Of a stretch of 64,000 bases of DNA, positions 1 to 23,077 are shown one piece after another. Every line of letters starts with the position of its first letter. Position 1 is the stretch's first letter. Position numbers and translations under genes: made by a program. A model generated the notes under the pieces. The model ran no database searches and was not told the DNA's origin. It saw only the letters and a program-made list of their open reading frames with translations. The DNA is from Catajapyx aquilonaris (taxonomy: Eukaryota): assembly GCA_000934665.2 (NCBI GenBank), contig KZ538041.1, forward strand, positions 62,001-126,000, in the 5' to 3' direction.

Positions 1-670
1 GATAATATATTGTTCGTTGTTGCCTGCCAATAAGTCGTCATTAAACTGACAAAAAGGGACGAATTCGACATTTTAAAGCACGTTGCTAAACTCGGCGTCT
101 GCCACGGCAGGAAGTTAACAAGGCATTGTTGACAAATTGTTGGATATTATTTCAAACAATGACTTGCGTACAGTTTAGCGACATGCTCTTTTGCTAAAAT
201 TGGATTATTTAGCACCATCAAGAGTTGGATCACATTCTGACAAAACGGCGGACCCATGAGACAAGTGGTGTCAAAGGAAGAACGTAAAATCAAGACACCA
301 TCCTATGTATTTGTGTACAGTGCGGAAAACGAAACGGCGATCTGACGTCATCATTTCTTCCATTGTTACTTTTTGTTGACACTGATTACTCATTTTGTAC
401 TGCGAGGGTATTTCCATGGAAACCTTTATGACGCCAGATTGCCATTTCGTTTTCCACACTTGAAATTAGCAGGTTTCCTTTGGCTCTCCTGTAAAATTAT
501 GGAAAGGTTGATTTCGTCCTTTTGTCAGATCATCGACGAAATAATGGGAAGGGTAGAACAGAGGTGTACCTGTAATTTTGCTGGTGAAACCTAAGAGTTG
601 GTGCAGATTCATGGAAATGCTATTGGAGTGTGTTGGCAGTGCAAAATTTAATTGAGGATTTGATTTGCAG

Positions 671-3303
671 TTGTGTCCTGAGGATGCGCTGCCCAAGGGG
701 GTGTGCTACGGGTGTTGCAGCCACCTGGACAAGTGCTTCCACTTTGTTGAGGCGACGGTGCGGGCGCAGGTCAAGCTGCAGGGGCTGTTCCCGGCGGGGC
801 AGGTGCAGGACACATGTGGGAATCCGTTGTGCCAGGTGATGCTCTGACTCATTGTCTCTTGGATGGGACACATTTGCAGGAAGATTTAAATTAGCCTTCT
901 TTGCAATAGGTCTAAACTGTAAAGATAACTTCGTTTCTTCTAATAGCCAGATGCTTTGGCTCCGTCCCAATCAATAAATCTAAAATCAAGACCACTCATT
1001 ATTTCAGGCCCATGTGAAGCGAGAAACCAGCACGCCGGACTTGATGGAAATAGTACTGACAGAGGGACCAGGAACATGGACCCCTTGCAATCGTGACATC
1101 TCCGAAGAGCTTCGACCTCAGGCTAAAGGTCGTCGAAAGTCCATACCTCGCAAGCGGCCCAACCCAGCCCCTGACCCACCTGCATTTGAGATGACTGACC
1201 CACCCAACACCACCCCACCAGCTGTGGAGATAGGTGATTCTAGTCCTGAACTTAAAAATGAAGAAACTGAGAATGTGAAAACAGAACCTAAGGAAGACAA
1301 GAGTGAGGAGGAAGATGACAATGATGAAGACGATGAGGATGATGATGACGACGACGACGATGAAGATATCTTACTTAGTGATGCCACATCAGAATCTGAA
1401 GTGGATGACGAAGAGGATGAGGATTACACGAGTGCTAGAAGTGGCAGAGCAAAAAGGGGTCGACCCAGGGGTGGTTCAGCTCGTGGGAGGGGAAGGGGGC
1501 GGGGTGTTGCAAGGGGCAGGGGAAGACCTAGGGCTGCTCCTGGTCGGACACGATCATCCTCGTCATCCGAAGCGGCAGCTCCTCCAGTGACTAGGGCTGG
1601 GCGAAGGAGTGAGGAGGCCTCTGGAGTTGGGCCTGGGACAGAGAGGGGTCCAGTAAGCCCAGTGAATCAGTGGCCGTGTGTGAGGTGCGAGGCAGTGCTG
1701 AAGACGAGAAGGCAGCTGCGGTCTCATTACTACACGGAGCATGGGGAAGGACCACTGTACCGGTGTTATGTCTGCAATAAAACCTACGACAAGTACTACA
1801 GCTTCCTTGGGCACATGAGGGTGCACAGGAATTTTGGACGTTTCAAGTGAGTTTGTTTAATCAGTAGAAGGTGCTGCAAAATGCTCATAAATTAATACGA
1901 CCTTTTTATTGACTGTAAAGTGTTGAATAGGTTTTACTGGGGATGTGTGTTTGTAGTAATTTGACCTCTTTTATATAAAACCCAGGTGTGATGTGTGTGG
2001 GAAGCAGTTTGCAGAGAATAAGGTCCTGGAATCGCACAAAATAATCCACACAGATGCCCGTCCATATGTGTGCGATGAGTGTGGAAAGACATTCAAACGT
2101 TCAAGTAGCCTGTATGTTCACAAGAAGTACCACCAGCCAGAACATATCAAGTACAAGTTTCCATGTGACACATGTGGAAAGTCATTTGTGACCAAACCAA
2201 ACCTGGAGGTCCACCGCAAGACGCACACAGGAGAGCGGGACTTTACATGTGATGTGTGTGGGAAGAGCTTCATTCAGAAGGGGAATCTGGATGCACACAT
2301 GCTGTGTCACTCAACAGAGAAACCCCACGCATGCCCCTTGTGTGGGAAGCGCTTCAAGACGGCTCGCCAGATGGTGAAGCACCAAAAGGTGCACACGGAC
2401 GAGAAGCCCCACCAATGTGAGGTGTGTGGGAGGCAATTCCGGGAGAAGAACACACTCAGGGAGCACAAGAGAATTCACTCAGGGGTCATGCCCTACTCAT
2501 GTGAATTCTGTGGAAAGTGCTTCCGATTCAAAGGGGTGCTAGTGGTGAGGCATTACACAAGTTTGCTCAGCATCACTTGTTCCTTAGATGTGTTTTTCAA
2601 TCACTGGCTGCCTTCTCTTTTTCTTCAGGTCCATCGTCGTACCCACACAGGTGAGCGTCCCTACAGCTGCAATGAGTGCCAGCGTAAGTTCACCAACTGG
2701 CCCAACTACAACAAACACATGAAGCGTCGACATAGTGCCACTTACCACCCTCATGGTTCCACCCCAACCACTTCATCTTCTCTCCCCACTACTAATACTA
2801 CCACGCCTTCCACTACCAGCGGTACCCCCACACCCACTTCCTCAGTCCCATCCACATCAACCGCAAGCCCATCCATTGCTTCACATCCTCACTACCTCCA
2901 CCCAATGCACAACTTCCATCTGTCCCACCCCGACATGCTTCCCCATGCTCTGGAGTTTGGTGATAATACACCTTCGTCCGGGGTGTCTGGAAATCCTGAA
3001 CTGCCAGACCTTCACCCTGCCATATCCGAGTCATACCTTCCCAGCTCCATCGCGCCACCCCCACATCATTCCAGCTCCCTGCCCCCTCATTGCCTTAACG
3101 CATTGGGTCATCTGGCCCCACCTCACTCCTACTACATGCATCACCAGGGGGTGCAGCCACCCCATCCACCAGTGCCGCCTCATCCACCACCATTCCACCA
3201 CATCAACGGGGGTGGTGGAACAGGTGGGGTGGGAATGGGGCAGCACGGCCCAATCGTCATGAGCAGAAACATGGCCAATAGCACTTTGGGGAACCCACAC
3301 TAA
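671..3303 (+). CDS. ZAD (zf-AD) C2H2 zinc-finger transcription factor, 5' exon(s) not identified
   Basis: Exons ~671-835, 1008-1846, 1986-2544, 2629-3303 joined by GT-AG introns in consistent phase. First exon has the ZAD C-terminal half (EDALPKGVCYGCCSHLDKCFHF). Then an acidic D/E tract, AT-hook-like RGRPR motifs, 10 C2H2 fingers with TGE(K/R)P-type linkers, and a His/Pro/Ser-rich tail ending TAA 3301-3303. Confidence 0.9.
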
Positions 3304-5059
3304 AGGAGCTCATTAACTGTAGCCAAGTTCTTGAGGTCAACGCTGTGATGGTGTTCCATCATGAAGGTATTTGCACAGTAATCCACTTAATTGGAGTTGA
3401 GAAGGATTTGCAGCAGGCCCCATGACATCACAAGGGAAGTGGCATTAATTGAAAAGAAATCTTTTGGAGTGGAGTTAACAGTGATTCTATGCTACGGAGG
3501 CCAGTGGGCTTGGACCTCTTTTCTGTACCAGTGAGTGATGGCCATAATAATTAAATATACTTTTGCATTGTGATAGTTCTTTGAAAGGTTAATTATCTGG
3601 ACTGAGGGCCGGTTACATCAATTTCAAATGAGAAGGAAATCTCTTATTTTGTCAGATTATATGCTGTGAATACCTGTACATAATGGGAGAGTTTCCTTAG
3701 TTGGCTTTCATGCAATTGGCCCTAAGCAAGAAACACAGACTCTCAAAGCGTCAGCTGGCCATGTAGTGATTCTCTGTTGCCATTGTTACATTATAAGCCA
3801 AGGCCAGCTTCTCTCGGCAGGGTGCAGTCTTGGTGCCGTTTGATTAAGGGCAGCCTCCTGCACTTTGACAAATACCTGCAATAGTTTAAAAGCATGAAAG
3901 CAAGTTGCCAGCTTGCTGAAATATGTTGGTGCCATCAATAATGATATAGGCATCAGCATGTTGAATGGTGGAGCCACTGGAAGGTGGTAAAGTACAATAA
4001 TAATGTTGGGTGTGTGCCTTTGTCTGTCTAGCGATAACTAAGGTAAAACATTTGAGATGGTTCGGCTGTAGTAATGCCACATGACAGTAGAAAAGGTGAG
4101 ATTCAACCTGTTATTGTCAGGTGGCATTATTTACGCCTGATCACCTCGTCTATGGGTTGTAATGAGTGTTAGTGAGCAATTATGAGCCATATGATTTAAT
4201 TTCTTCCCGTATTTGTTCTCTTCATATAGAATTGCACCTTGTGATTTTGTTTAGAGCAAAAAGCCTGTGACCAGTGACCAAGTTTAGGGTACAATGAATT
4301 TTCATATGGGGACTGCAGTAGATGACCACAGTTTATACACCAATATACTGTGCTGAATGATTGTATGTTAAGAAATTTTTCTTTTGTTTGTACAGAGAAT
4401 GTTTTTTAAGGAAAAATATTTACCAATATATAGTATGCTTATTACATTCAAAAAGAGTGTTTTTGTAGTGACTCGTAGAGTCTTTGTCGTGCCGTTTCAT
4501 GTGCCATCGCTGGTATCTTTTTTTAATGTTGTTTTCTATACACAATGTCCTGAGATAAACTCCCCACACTATATACAGTACAAGTAATTTTCAATTGGTA
4601 ATTGATTCCAAATGCTGTTATTGCAAGAAATGGATTTGTGTGTACATAGGTCAAAAGAAGATATAATTTATATGAACCAGTGATAGAGTTTTGCGTGGCT
4701 TAATATCACCACTATTCATGATTGAAGTTTGCTGCATAACAGAGAGTGTGAGGAGTCGATCGTAGAATGCCTGGTATGCAATTCAGAACACGTCTTGCTT
4801 CCCCAGCGTCAACAGAAAGTTGGTTGTAATGCAAAGTTACGCATTGCTGTAGGTGCAACCAGATTAAAAGGAGAGATTAAATTCCTGCTGGTCATTTTTA
4901 TTTATAGCCTGTACAAAAAATACTGCGGTTTGGGAGTGTAAGCTGTGTTTGGTAATTACTTGCAGGTAACAACAACAGATGTAGTACCAACTACCCAAAT
5001 CTTTTAACAAGGAATGGTTATCACATTGCTGGAGATAGCGTGGCAAGAAGTCTGATAGA

Positions 5060-13463
<8,404 letters not shown>

Positions 13464-15222
13464 GCTGACTCCCTGATTCTTGTCCTGTCCTCTTCACAAC
13501 TTGACCTGCTTTTGATGTTGCAGGAGGTCACTCTTCTGGCATGGTGCCCCTCTCTCCTCACACGTTTGCTTTCACTCACTCACACACACACATGCTGTTA
13601 TTTCTGGACTGCTCTCGAGATCAGCTTTGACGATCGATTCCGCAGAGTTGCTCTGCCTCGCCCCCATTTCTGGCATCCAGCCCTGGATGTTTTAGAGGTA
13701 CAGCTGCGCGGGTGCATCGATTCCCAAGGGTTGCCAAAATCTGGCAGGAATTTATTATCTGGTTTTAATATTTATTAAGGTTGATATGTCAGGTGTCGTT
13801 TTGTGAGTGGTTTTACTGTCATGTCGTTTTATTTTATGTGAAAGACGAAACATGCGCAGTGGACTTTCAGGTGAGGTGGGAAGAGTGAAAATCAGGCTAA
13901 GGACTTTATTATTCTTCATACGGCAAGAGTAGTAAAGTTGTGAGAAAGCTGTGATGGAAGTTTATTTTAAACAGTTTATTACCGTGTGCAGACTGCAGAA
14001 AAATAAACGATCCAATGATATGATTTCCATTCGGTGCTGAAAAATAGTATTTTATTCGGCCATTTTAAAGTAAGAATGGCGATAAAATAGGGGTGTACCT
14101 CATTTTAATATAGAGTAGACTTTGAAGGCGTATTTCTCACTTTCTTCTCATTTATTTCTAAAGTCTGTAAAGTCTGGGAAGAAAATATTCACACAAAACA
14201 AAAACACCATCTCCTTAACAACTTAGATCTAGTTTTTGGCACTTTTGTGAAGCAACCAGTCCAAGGTTGCATAAAAAGTGTACACATTGCAATACTTTCG
14301 TTCATCAAGTGGGTCATCAAAAAGTATACTGCATACTTTCACCGCACTTGTGCTCAGTGAAATAAAATGCCATGATCCGTATGACCTAAGCGCGGTACTT
14401 TTGCGATTAAACATACGATACGTGTATCTATATCATCTACTGCACACTTATAAGCAACAGAGCGTTACACGTTGAACGCAGGGTTGCGGTTTAATCAAAA
14501 TTGTAGAATGAGGAATTATACAATCCTGATGGTGGGATAACACACGTCGCATATGCCGACAAAATTCTTTTGAGAAATTATGTAATGTCCATGTTGGTGC
14601 AATGTCGTTATGGGCTTCAAGTAAGGGAGGACTTGAATTGGGAAAAGTTGGCAAATGTATCCAAATTTTAAACGAGAAGTGCTGTGGGATGTTCTCCAAA
14701 AGAAAATATTTTTTTTGGACTTATTAGTGAAAACCGGCTCATTTACCTGACCACCGGATGTAATTACACATATATGGTCGTTAAGTGCTTTACAGCCTGG
14801 ACGTGTCAAAGTATTACCAACATATCATAATGAATCAGCGGGGGGTGTAAACACGCGAGAAAACAGCTGCGTGATTGTGCATGATCGAAGTAAAAGCCGT
14901 ATTGGCTTACCAACAATCAGTAAATCTCTTCCTCTTCCGGATTCGCCTGTCGAGAGTTCTAGGCCCATAAATATTAAGCACAAAAACAAATGTGGGCGGT
15001 ACCACTGACGACAACAATACAACCGAAGGAAAAGTTTTGGCTATAGCTCTGGCATCTCTGACAAACGTGACATAAGACGAATCATTCCGCGATGAATTGC
15101 TAATAGTCCTTGACATCTCTAAAGAGTTTGTATGCGATTAATATCACGTTCACGCTTCATTCTCACATATAGAAAGTGCAGTAGCCGTTTGAAAGTGGGT
15201 CATGGTTGGGCAAGCACTTCAT

Positions 15223-18200
15223 TCATGGAGAAGCTGCATTTAGTCTGAACCAATCTTCCTTGATCAAATCCGAGCCCTTTTCTGCCACCATTATGACAGC
15301 TGCGTTGGTATTGCCGCTTGGAACATTTGGCAATATCGAAGCGTCCATGACCCTAAGACCCCTCACGCCTCTGACCCTCAACCGGTTGTCCACCACTGAC
15401 ATTATGTCCGTTGCTGGCCCCATCTTGGCAGTACCGCTGAAGTGATGCTCTGTCACTGTGTACTGTCGAAGATGGCATTCCCAGTAGGCGTCGGACATGT
15501 ACTGGAGGTGACGACATGGAGGAAGAGGTCGTGGAAATAACGTGGAGTTGATACTCTTGAAAGTGGGTGTTTGGGCCAGTGCGAGAGACAGCTTGATGCC
15601 CTCCAACATCACCTTCATGTCATGCGGGTCACTCAAATAGTTGGGGTAGAACATGGGGTAGTCCTTTGGGTTGTCGCTTCGAAGTCGTACGTGCCCTTTG
15701 CTTCTGGGTCGCAGCAGCATGGGTAGGACACTCCAGGAATCATTTCCCTGGCAGAAAAGTAGGGCAGGACAAGTTATCAGGGAAAGCTGTACACACGAGG
15801 GAGGGACATGTATTATATAACGAACCTTGTAATCAACATAGGTCGAGTTCCAAATCTCGTCAGACAGCCCATGCGACTTTCGTTGGTACCCCCAGTCTGT
15901 AAGGAGCGATCCGGAAGCCAGATGCAGTTGGATATCTGGCCAATCGTCGGAGGAATTGGCCAGGCCAGAATTAATCCAGGCCAGTCCTTCCAGGCCTCCA
16001 AATGTCGCCAAAGGGCCTCTGTGGAACTGCAACCAGTCAAGGAGCACCTCCGGTTTGACTATTTGGTCCGCGTTCATCGAGACTTGTTTGTCTATCAGGA
16101 AGACCATACCTCCCGGGCTGGGAAGGAAAGTTTAACCATGTTTTCCTTATGTCACGGGGCGTTCCCAATTCAAGAAGTAGGTCATAGTGACCCTTTTGAA
16201 AGGCCTAAAGGAGTTTGTCTCATGAGGAACTTACCTGATGTGATCCTGAAGATTCTCGCCAACTCCTGGCAGGTCAACCAAAGGTCGGATGCCTCTTTCC
16301 CGTAAGTGCGATGCAGGTCCGATGCCTGAAAGCATCAGGACTTGGGGTGTCCGAAGAGCACCTGCAGTGACGATGGCCTCTCGTTTGACCCGGACCGATT
16401 GGACGTGTCTTCCCCTCCGGAATCGAACTTCGGACACAACCATGCCTGGTTTTCGATTCCAGATGATTCGCTCCACCAAGGCGTTTTTGGCTACATGCAG
16501 ATTTTGTCTCTCTCGGATGGACCGTAGGTAGGCCTTGTTGGTGCTGCATCTGGCTCCTTTTCTGATGGTTCCCTGCGGAGCCATGAATCCGGTCTGAGTC
16601 GCACCGTTTCCGTCGTTGACTTTGTATCCCATCTCCTTGCCGGCTTCCAGAAACATGTTTCTCATAGGCGATGACCAGTCCACATCCGATACTGTTAGTG
16701 GTCCGCCTGTACCGTGGTATCCCGATGCCACGTACTCTTTGTTTTGGTTGTCTTCAGCCTTCATGAAGTACGGCAGGACGTTGTCGTAACTCCAGCCTTC
16801 GTTTCCGAGAGATTCCCATAAGTCGTAATCCCTGCAGAAATACCGTACGTTAATAATGAATTTGATAGGAAAGGATAGGTGATGACTATACCTTTTGTTC
16901 CCTCGTACGTAAAGCATGTAATTGACAGCGCTGGATCCACCCAATACTTTTCCAGACACCCAGTGACAACGTCTGTCTGTTAGGCCTAGGCAGTATGTAG
17001 GATGAGGTTCTGTCCTAAAATGTAAGGTACATTTTTGCTTCATAAGAGTCGTTACATTCACATGATGGTTGCCTATTTGTATTCAGTAGACATTGTAATA
17101 ATTTTAATTTAATTATGCAGATTTATTTTAATTCAAATGCCTCAGCGAGAAAAGCAAAATGAAAGTAGGCCTACACACCCATATTATTTCTTAGGGTGTG
17201 CACCTGGACGTTTGTCAATTTCTTCAATGAAGCTGTCGTTTCACCTTCCCTTTCGATGAGAATTCACCAAGCATTGATTCTTTTTGACTGAAGCTGGGTG
17301 CTAGGTCAGGGAAATAGGCGTGTCACAATTTCTGATTGAAATGTTCTCATAGGAAGGGAAGATGAAAGTGTAAAGCTGTGCATAATGAATGGACTCCCAT
17401 GGCAGGGATGTCGTAAAATTTGTCTTCTGATGGGATTAATTGCCTCTGGAGAACACCTTGAAAAATAGGCTATCTCATCAGTTGGAGTCATTGGCAAAAA
17501 TTAAAAATACAATACTTACGAATTTGTCATCCACCCACCCACTCAAACATTATTCGTGTCAGTGTCAGGGCGCGTTTTATTAAGTTAGGTCACCACCGAA
17601 AACGTTTGAAAAAATTGATAACCGGTATTTTCAACCCGAAAATGAGCCATTGTTTTACGAACGAAAGTTGTTGTCTAATAGGAACAATTTGTCCACGGTG
17701 CATTAGTTGCGTGTTTCGTGACGCAAAGAAAGATTAATGAATGTGTTGCAAAAAAGTGCAAAGTTTTACTTTAATGAACGGTACTTGTTGCAGGTTCGTG
17801 TGTTGGGCCAATTGACGGGCGTGGTTTAATTAGAATGCCAGTTCAAACGTATGGCAATACATTTTGTTCTTATGCATAAATTGATAGACCTATTAATTGC
17901 AATTTATATTTCCTTTTAATTTATATTAAACATTTCTTTGTTCTGGAGTTTGTGTGAATCAAGTTTACATACTCGCCAAGTTGTAAGTATGAATCACTTG
18001 AAAATGAGCTTCATCTACAGGGTGAGTAAATTGCATACCTGTATGCCCAATCCAGAGCCGTGTAAGGAATTCCCCCTGCAAATGCAGGCACATCTGAAAA
18101 TTCCAGCTCATCCTTCCCAGCTTCTAGCAGCAACACTTTCCAGTCCTTCACTTCAGACAAACGATTGGCCACCACAGCACCTGCGATCCAAAAAACCATT

Positions 18201-18390
18201 TTGAGCAGCTCTCTATTCATCAAAGCCAATTATTCTTACCTGCAGATCCACCTCCAATCACAACGAAATCATATTCAGGGTCCAGCAGTTGCCTATCAAT
18301 CACATAACTCTCAGGTCCTGTGAACCCTCTCTTGGTAATCATGTACAGGGTGAGGCCCAAGGCCATCGCGGCTGTCATTCCTCCGACCAT
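15223..18390 (-). CDS. GMC oxidoreductase (FAD glucose dehydrogenase-like), cluster copy 1
   Basis: Exons ~18390-18240, 18180-18039, 17014-16892, 16831-16235, 16117-15826, 15747-15223. Motifs [12 protein letters not shown] (FAD Rossmann), [64 protein letters not shown]. Hydrophobic N-terminal leader. Confidence 0.93.
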
Positions 18391-21125
18391 GGTCACTGTC
18401 AGGCTACTATTTCATCCTGGAGTAAAAAAGAAGGCATCAATGGGGCAGGTTATGTTTTACCTGCTTTCTTCTTCACCACATGGCCAACAAGTGGACCAAA
18501 TACAATTTTCACTCAACAAAAAAAACAACAAAAAAACGTGCGCTTAGGAATTCCGATGGGAGCTCATGATATCGTGCACTACATTGTTAGCCTGCAGCTA
18601 ATATGGGCGAGATAATGTCACTGTCACTATATGAAGATGAGCTGTACTTACCTATAATGAGACGAGGACTGAAGTCTTCCTTCCTCTGCGGTGTACCAGA
18701 GTAATCTGGAGGACCTCTTACCTTGGTGGGATAGTTTGGTTGATTCGACCGTCCTACTTTCTTCTGGCTGAGCGGGAAGGAAACCATGGCGCGAAGTGAT
18801 CCTCCACTGCATTGGATGGGATAAACTTGTAGTTCCTTGGGCACTCACATCAGCTGTTCTGATAGTTTCCTCAAGTTTCCAGTGAAAGTTGACACTATAA
18901 TCGGAAGATGGGGAAAAAAACGACACCAAATTCTTCCTCGCATTTTTGTCCTTTGGATGTCGCCGTGGTAATGAACTTGCAAATTGCGATTAGGGCGTGG
19001 AAATGCAAGTGTTGGGAAAAGCGAGAATAATAGATCCCAGGAAGTGAGGGCTTTCAGAATCGATAGCGATACGGTTCATGGTAATATTACGCTGAGTATT
19101 AAAGCACCTGGCCAGAGCAATTTTTTTTTGAGAAAAGTGTATAATAATATACATATACTGTACATCTAAACTATAAAGTTTGCATAGTTTACGACAATTA
19201 CATGGCACAGTGTTTCACTTATTATTACGCCTGTAATATTATCTCATGTTCTGAGCGCTATCCGGCGCTATCATTATGAGATAATTAATCTTGCGCTTCA
19301 AAATGAGCTGGCGTGAATAATTATTTTCTTATCAAATAACTCGCTTGAAGATTGAGTAATATAGTGTTTTAGTTGTAGAATGTTGACCGTCCTATGTCGA
19401 AACTAAGATAATGAGGTGTTGCATGGGCACTTATCTGGTGCGATGATTAACGCGATTAGACGTAACTTGAACGTAACATTTAACATGCAGAAGTTTTCAC
19501 ACGAGATGATCACGACTGCCTTGCAAATGCACATGAAAGGAGGTCAACATTTTACCCATTACCTAGTTATCTTTTTAATTAGGATGGGAAGGAATTCTCC
19601 GTCATGCATACTGCTTATTCATAATGAGAAAATGTCACTACAATAATAAGTGGCCACAATATTTAAGTATTTTCTTAACTATTTAATATTGAAATGCGTA
19701 TTTAAAGGACATATTTTGTCGACGTTCCACCTGAATTATTGCATACTATTTTTGCCAGCTCATTGCGATATTTGGGTATACATATCACATCGGAATATCA
19801 AGTACAGAGAGTTGACAGCAATAATGCATACCCGGAAGGAGAAAATGAGGAAATTGTTGGCTGCTATTCAAAATACGTGAGCAATGCCCTTAACTGGACG
19901 GCAGACTGTGCCAAGGTCACCGCAAACGGCGACCCTAAAAATCTTCTTATGTAAGAGCACTTTCTCTCTATGGAAAGTGGAAGCAACAGGTTACCATGTA
20001 GTGGATTCCCCGCTCTCCATTGTATCGGAGAGGATAAGACATGCACATGTGCCTTGACGTGAGAATCTCACGTGTTCTCTTCGGAACTGTACAATTAAAG
20101 AACCAAAGTCAAGGTCAGGCACTGTGCTATTTTATTAAGGTATGCAGTAACGGTTTGCAGTATTTAACTGGCGCAATTTTTTTTTTATTGCAATAGTTTT
20201 GATTATAATAAAACATAACATAAATATTTACAACATTCACTATATAATACAGTTGGAAATGCATAACTTTTTTGGTAAATACTCCGCAGTATATACAAAT
20301 TGTATTTACACCCATTTCATACGTACATTTGGTGTAATATGGATCGAGTGGTAACTTTTGAAGTTGCAACAATCGGATTTCGGAATTGTCTTTCAATTAC
20401 GCAAAAGAAGGTCCTTTGTTTCACGACTCGCTAAATAATACTCCAAAGTGTCGTCTAGCCCTTTTCCCACGATGCTAATGATTTAAAATTGTGCCGTTCC
20501 CATAGAATTTTTCTGTTATGGTTGAGAAAGATCTTGGAGGCTGAGATCTAATGGCCAGGGTTTTGTCAAGGTTGCACAATATGATAATAATTATTGTGCC
20601 TTTTCACGCGCGAGATATTCTGAGAGTAGTGGATGTCGGCTTGTAATTCTTTCACTCGAACGGATGTATGGGTGTGAAGACTTGACTTTTTGACAGGATT
20701 TTGATTTAGAGTGACATGTGCGTGTGCGAGATATTAGTGCTGTCAGAAGCAGGTGTTGTGTTTGCGGTGCACACTATTTGACTCATTGAAGGACTAGTTT
20801 ACAAGTTTAAAAACACTGTTGAAAGCTACCAGAATTTTATGGTAATATTCACTAATTAACATGCTTATTAATTTTCTGATATGGTACGGTCATTGAATAA
20901 ACCTGGTTTGCACTCAATCTGTGAACTTGAACTCTTTGATACCTCAAATTTGCCAAGATTTGTCAAGCTTTGCGTTTCACAAAAGCATGTTCTGCCATGC
21001 ATAAACACGAATCACAGTTATTTATACTAAGTGGCGCACTTGGCACATGAAGCAGTCCTACAAGACGCATTTCCAGTCATCGCGATGCATTCGTAGCCCG
21101 AAATCTTCAGCAATACTATATTATC

Positions 21126-23077
21126 TTATATTGCATTTTGAGACAATGCACTAATCAACATATCCCTCTTGATGATATCCGCTGCCTTCTCAGCAATCAT
21201 CACAACCACCGCATTGATATTCCCACTTGTAACCGTTGGCATAATGGACGCGTCCACTACTCTCAATCCCGGAACACCCTTGACTCTCAAACTGGTGTCG
21301 ACCACCGCCATCGGATCATTGTCTGGCCCCATCTTGGCAGTGCCACTGAAGTGATGTTCCGTGACAGTGTAGTGACGCAAGTGACACTCGAAATACTCGT
21401 CGGACATGAACTGCAAGTGACTGCATGGCGGAAGTGGCCTGGGAAAAAAGGTCGAGTTGTACTTGCGGAAAGGTCCGGTCTGACTTAGGGCGATGGCCAG
21501 TCGCACCCCTTCGATCAGGGTCTTCAGGTCTTGATCGTGGCTCAGGTAGTTCGGGTAGAAGCGAGGTTGGGCTCGGACGTCGGTGCTTCGAAGCTTGATG
21601 TGTCCTCGGCTCAGGGGCCTCAGGATCATCGGGAGGATCATCCAGGCGTCCTTTCCCAGCTGATCGCGGTACACGGCGTTCCAGATGTCGTCGGAAAGGG
21701 CTTGTGCAGTCCGAATTTGGCCCCTGTCCGAGAGGATGGATCCGGCTGCGAAGTGGAACTGAATGTCCGGGTAGTCGTCGTTGGGGTCGGCGTACCTGGA
21801 AGTAAACAGTGGTACACTCATGCACATTGGTCATGTCTAGGAGGAAACAACTCACTTGGTCTTGACCCATGCCATTCCTTCTACCCCTCCTAGAGAAGTG
21901 AGAGGTCCTGTCCGGTTGGCGATCCACTCGTAAAACGTGTCCAGTGTCAAATGACGGTCTACGTTGAACGCTATCTTCTGGTCGATGAGAAACATGATTC
22001 CTCCAGTGCTGATGTGGTCCATCAAGTTTTCCCCTACTCCAGGCGTGTCAACCAGGGTCCTGATCCCCATCTGCTTCAAGTGTTCTTTTGGTCCTATCCC
22101 GGACAGCATCAGAAGCTGCGGGGTCCTCAGTGCTCCAGCGGACAGTATGACCTCTCTTTTGGCCTCCACCATCTCTATCTGGTTGTCCCTCCTGATGATG
22201 ATCCCCCTCGCTCGTCTGGTCTTGCGATCTATGATCACCTTTTCAGCCATTGTTCTCTGAGCCACGTGCAGATTGGGTCGATTCCTGGCCGGTCGCAAAT
22301 AGGCCTTGTTGCTGGAGCATCGAGCACCATTGCGGATTGTTCCCTGTGGACATTCGCATTAACATTGTTGATTTTATTTTGAATTGAAAGCAGACTAACC
22401 TGAGCTGTCATAAACGCGGCCTGGAACTCTCCGTTTCCATCTCTGACCTGATAGCCCATCTCCGAGGCCGCTTCGAGAAAAGCTCCTCCAAGTTCGGTCT
22501 TAAACGGGGCTTCCCCGACCGTGACTGGCCCCGATGACCCATGGTACCCCTCGGACACATACTGCGGGTTGGTGTTGTTTTCAGACTTGATGAAGTAAGG
22601 CAGAACATCCCTGTAGCCCCAACCAGGGTTTCCCATTGACTCCCAGGTCTCAAAGTCCCTTCTGTTGCCTCTCACGTACAGCATGTAGTTGAGTGCTCCT
22701 GTACCTCCCAGTGACCGCCCGGAAGACCAGTGGCACACTTTGCCACGGAGTCCCTGGCAAAAACTGGAATTGGGCTCAACTGTGTAATGCCAGTCCATTG
22801 GGGTTGTGGGAAGGATCAGGGAGAAACCAGGCGGTTCCGAGAGCTCGTTCTCTTCGGAACCGGCTTCAACTAGTAGGACTGTCCATTGAGGAATCTCTGA
22901 GAGTCTGGCTGCCAGTGCGGCTCCAGCGGATCCCCCGCCAACTATCACAAAGTCGTATTCACGCTTCAGGATTTTTTGGTTCATCACGTAGCCTTCGTTT
23001 CTGTTCAGGTTCCTTTGGGTCACTAGGTATGTGGACAGGAGGAGTGCAGCTGCGGCGAACGATGGACCCAGGGTCAT
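21126..23077 (-). CDS. GMC oxidoreductase, cluster copy 2
   Basis: Exons ~23077-22400, 22343-21856, 21795-21126. Motifs [60 protein letters not shown]. The ORF extends to an upstream ATG at 23143. Confidence 0.94.

Noticed and set aside
300..430. CVQC motif as the missing ZAD N-terminal half
   Set aside because: The frame is closed by an upstream stop with no convincing ATG or acceptor, and there is no clear in-phase donor to 671.
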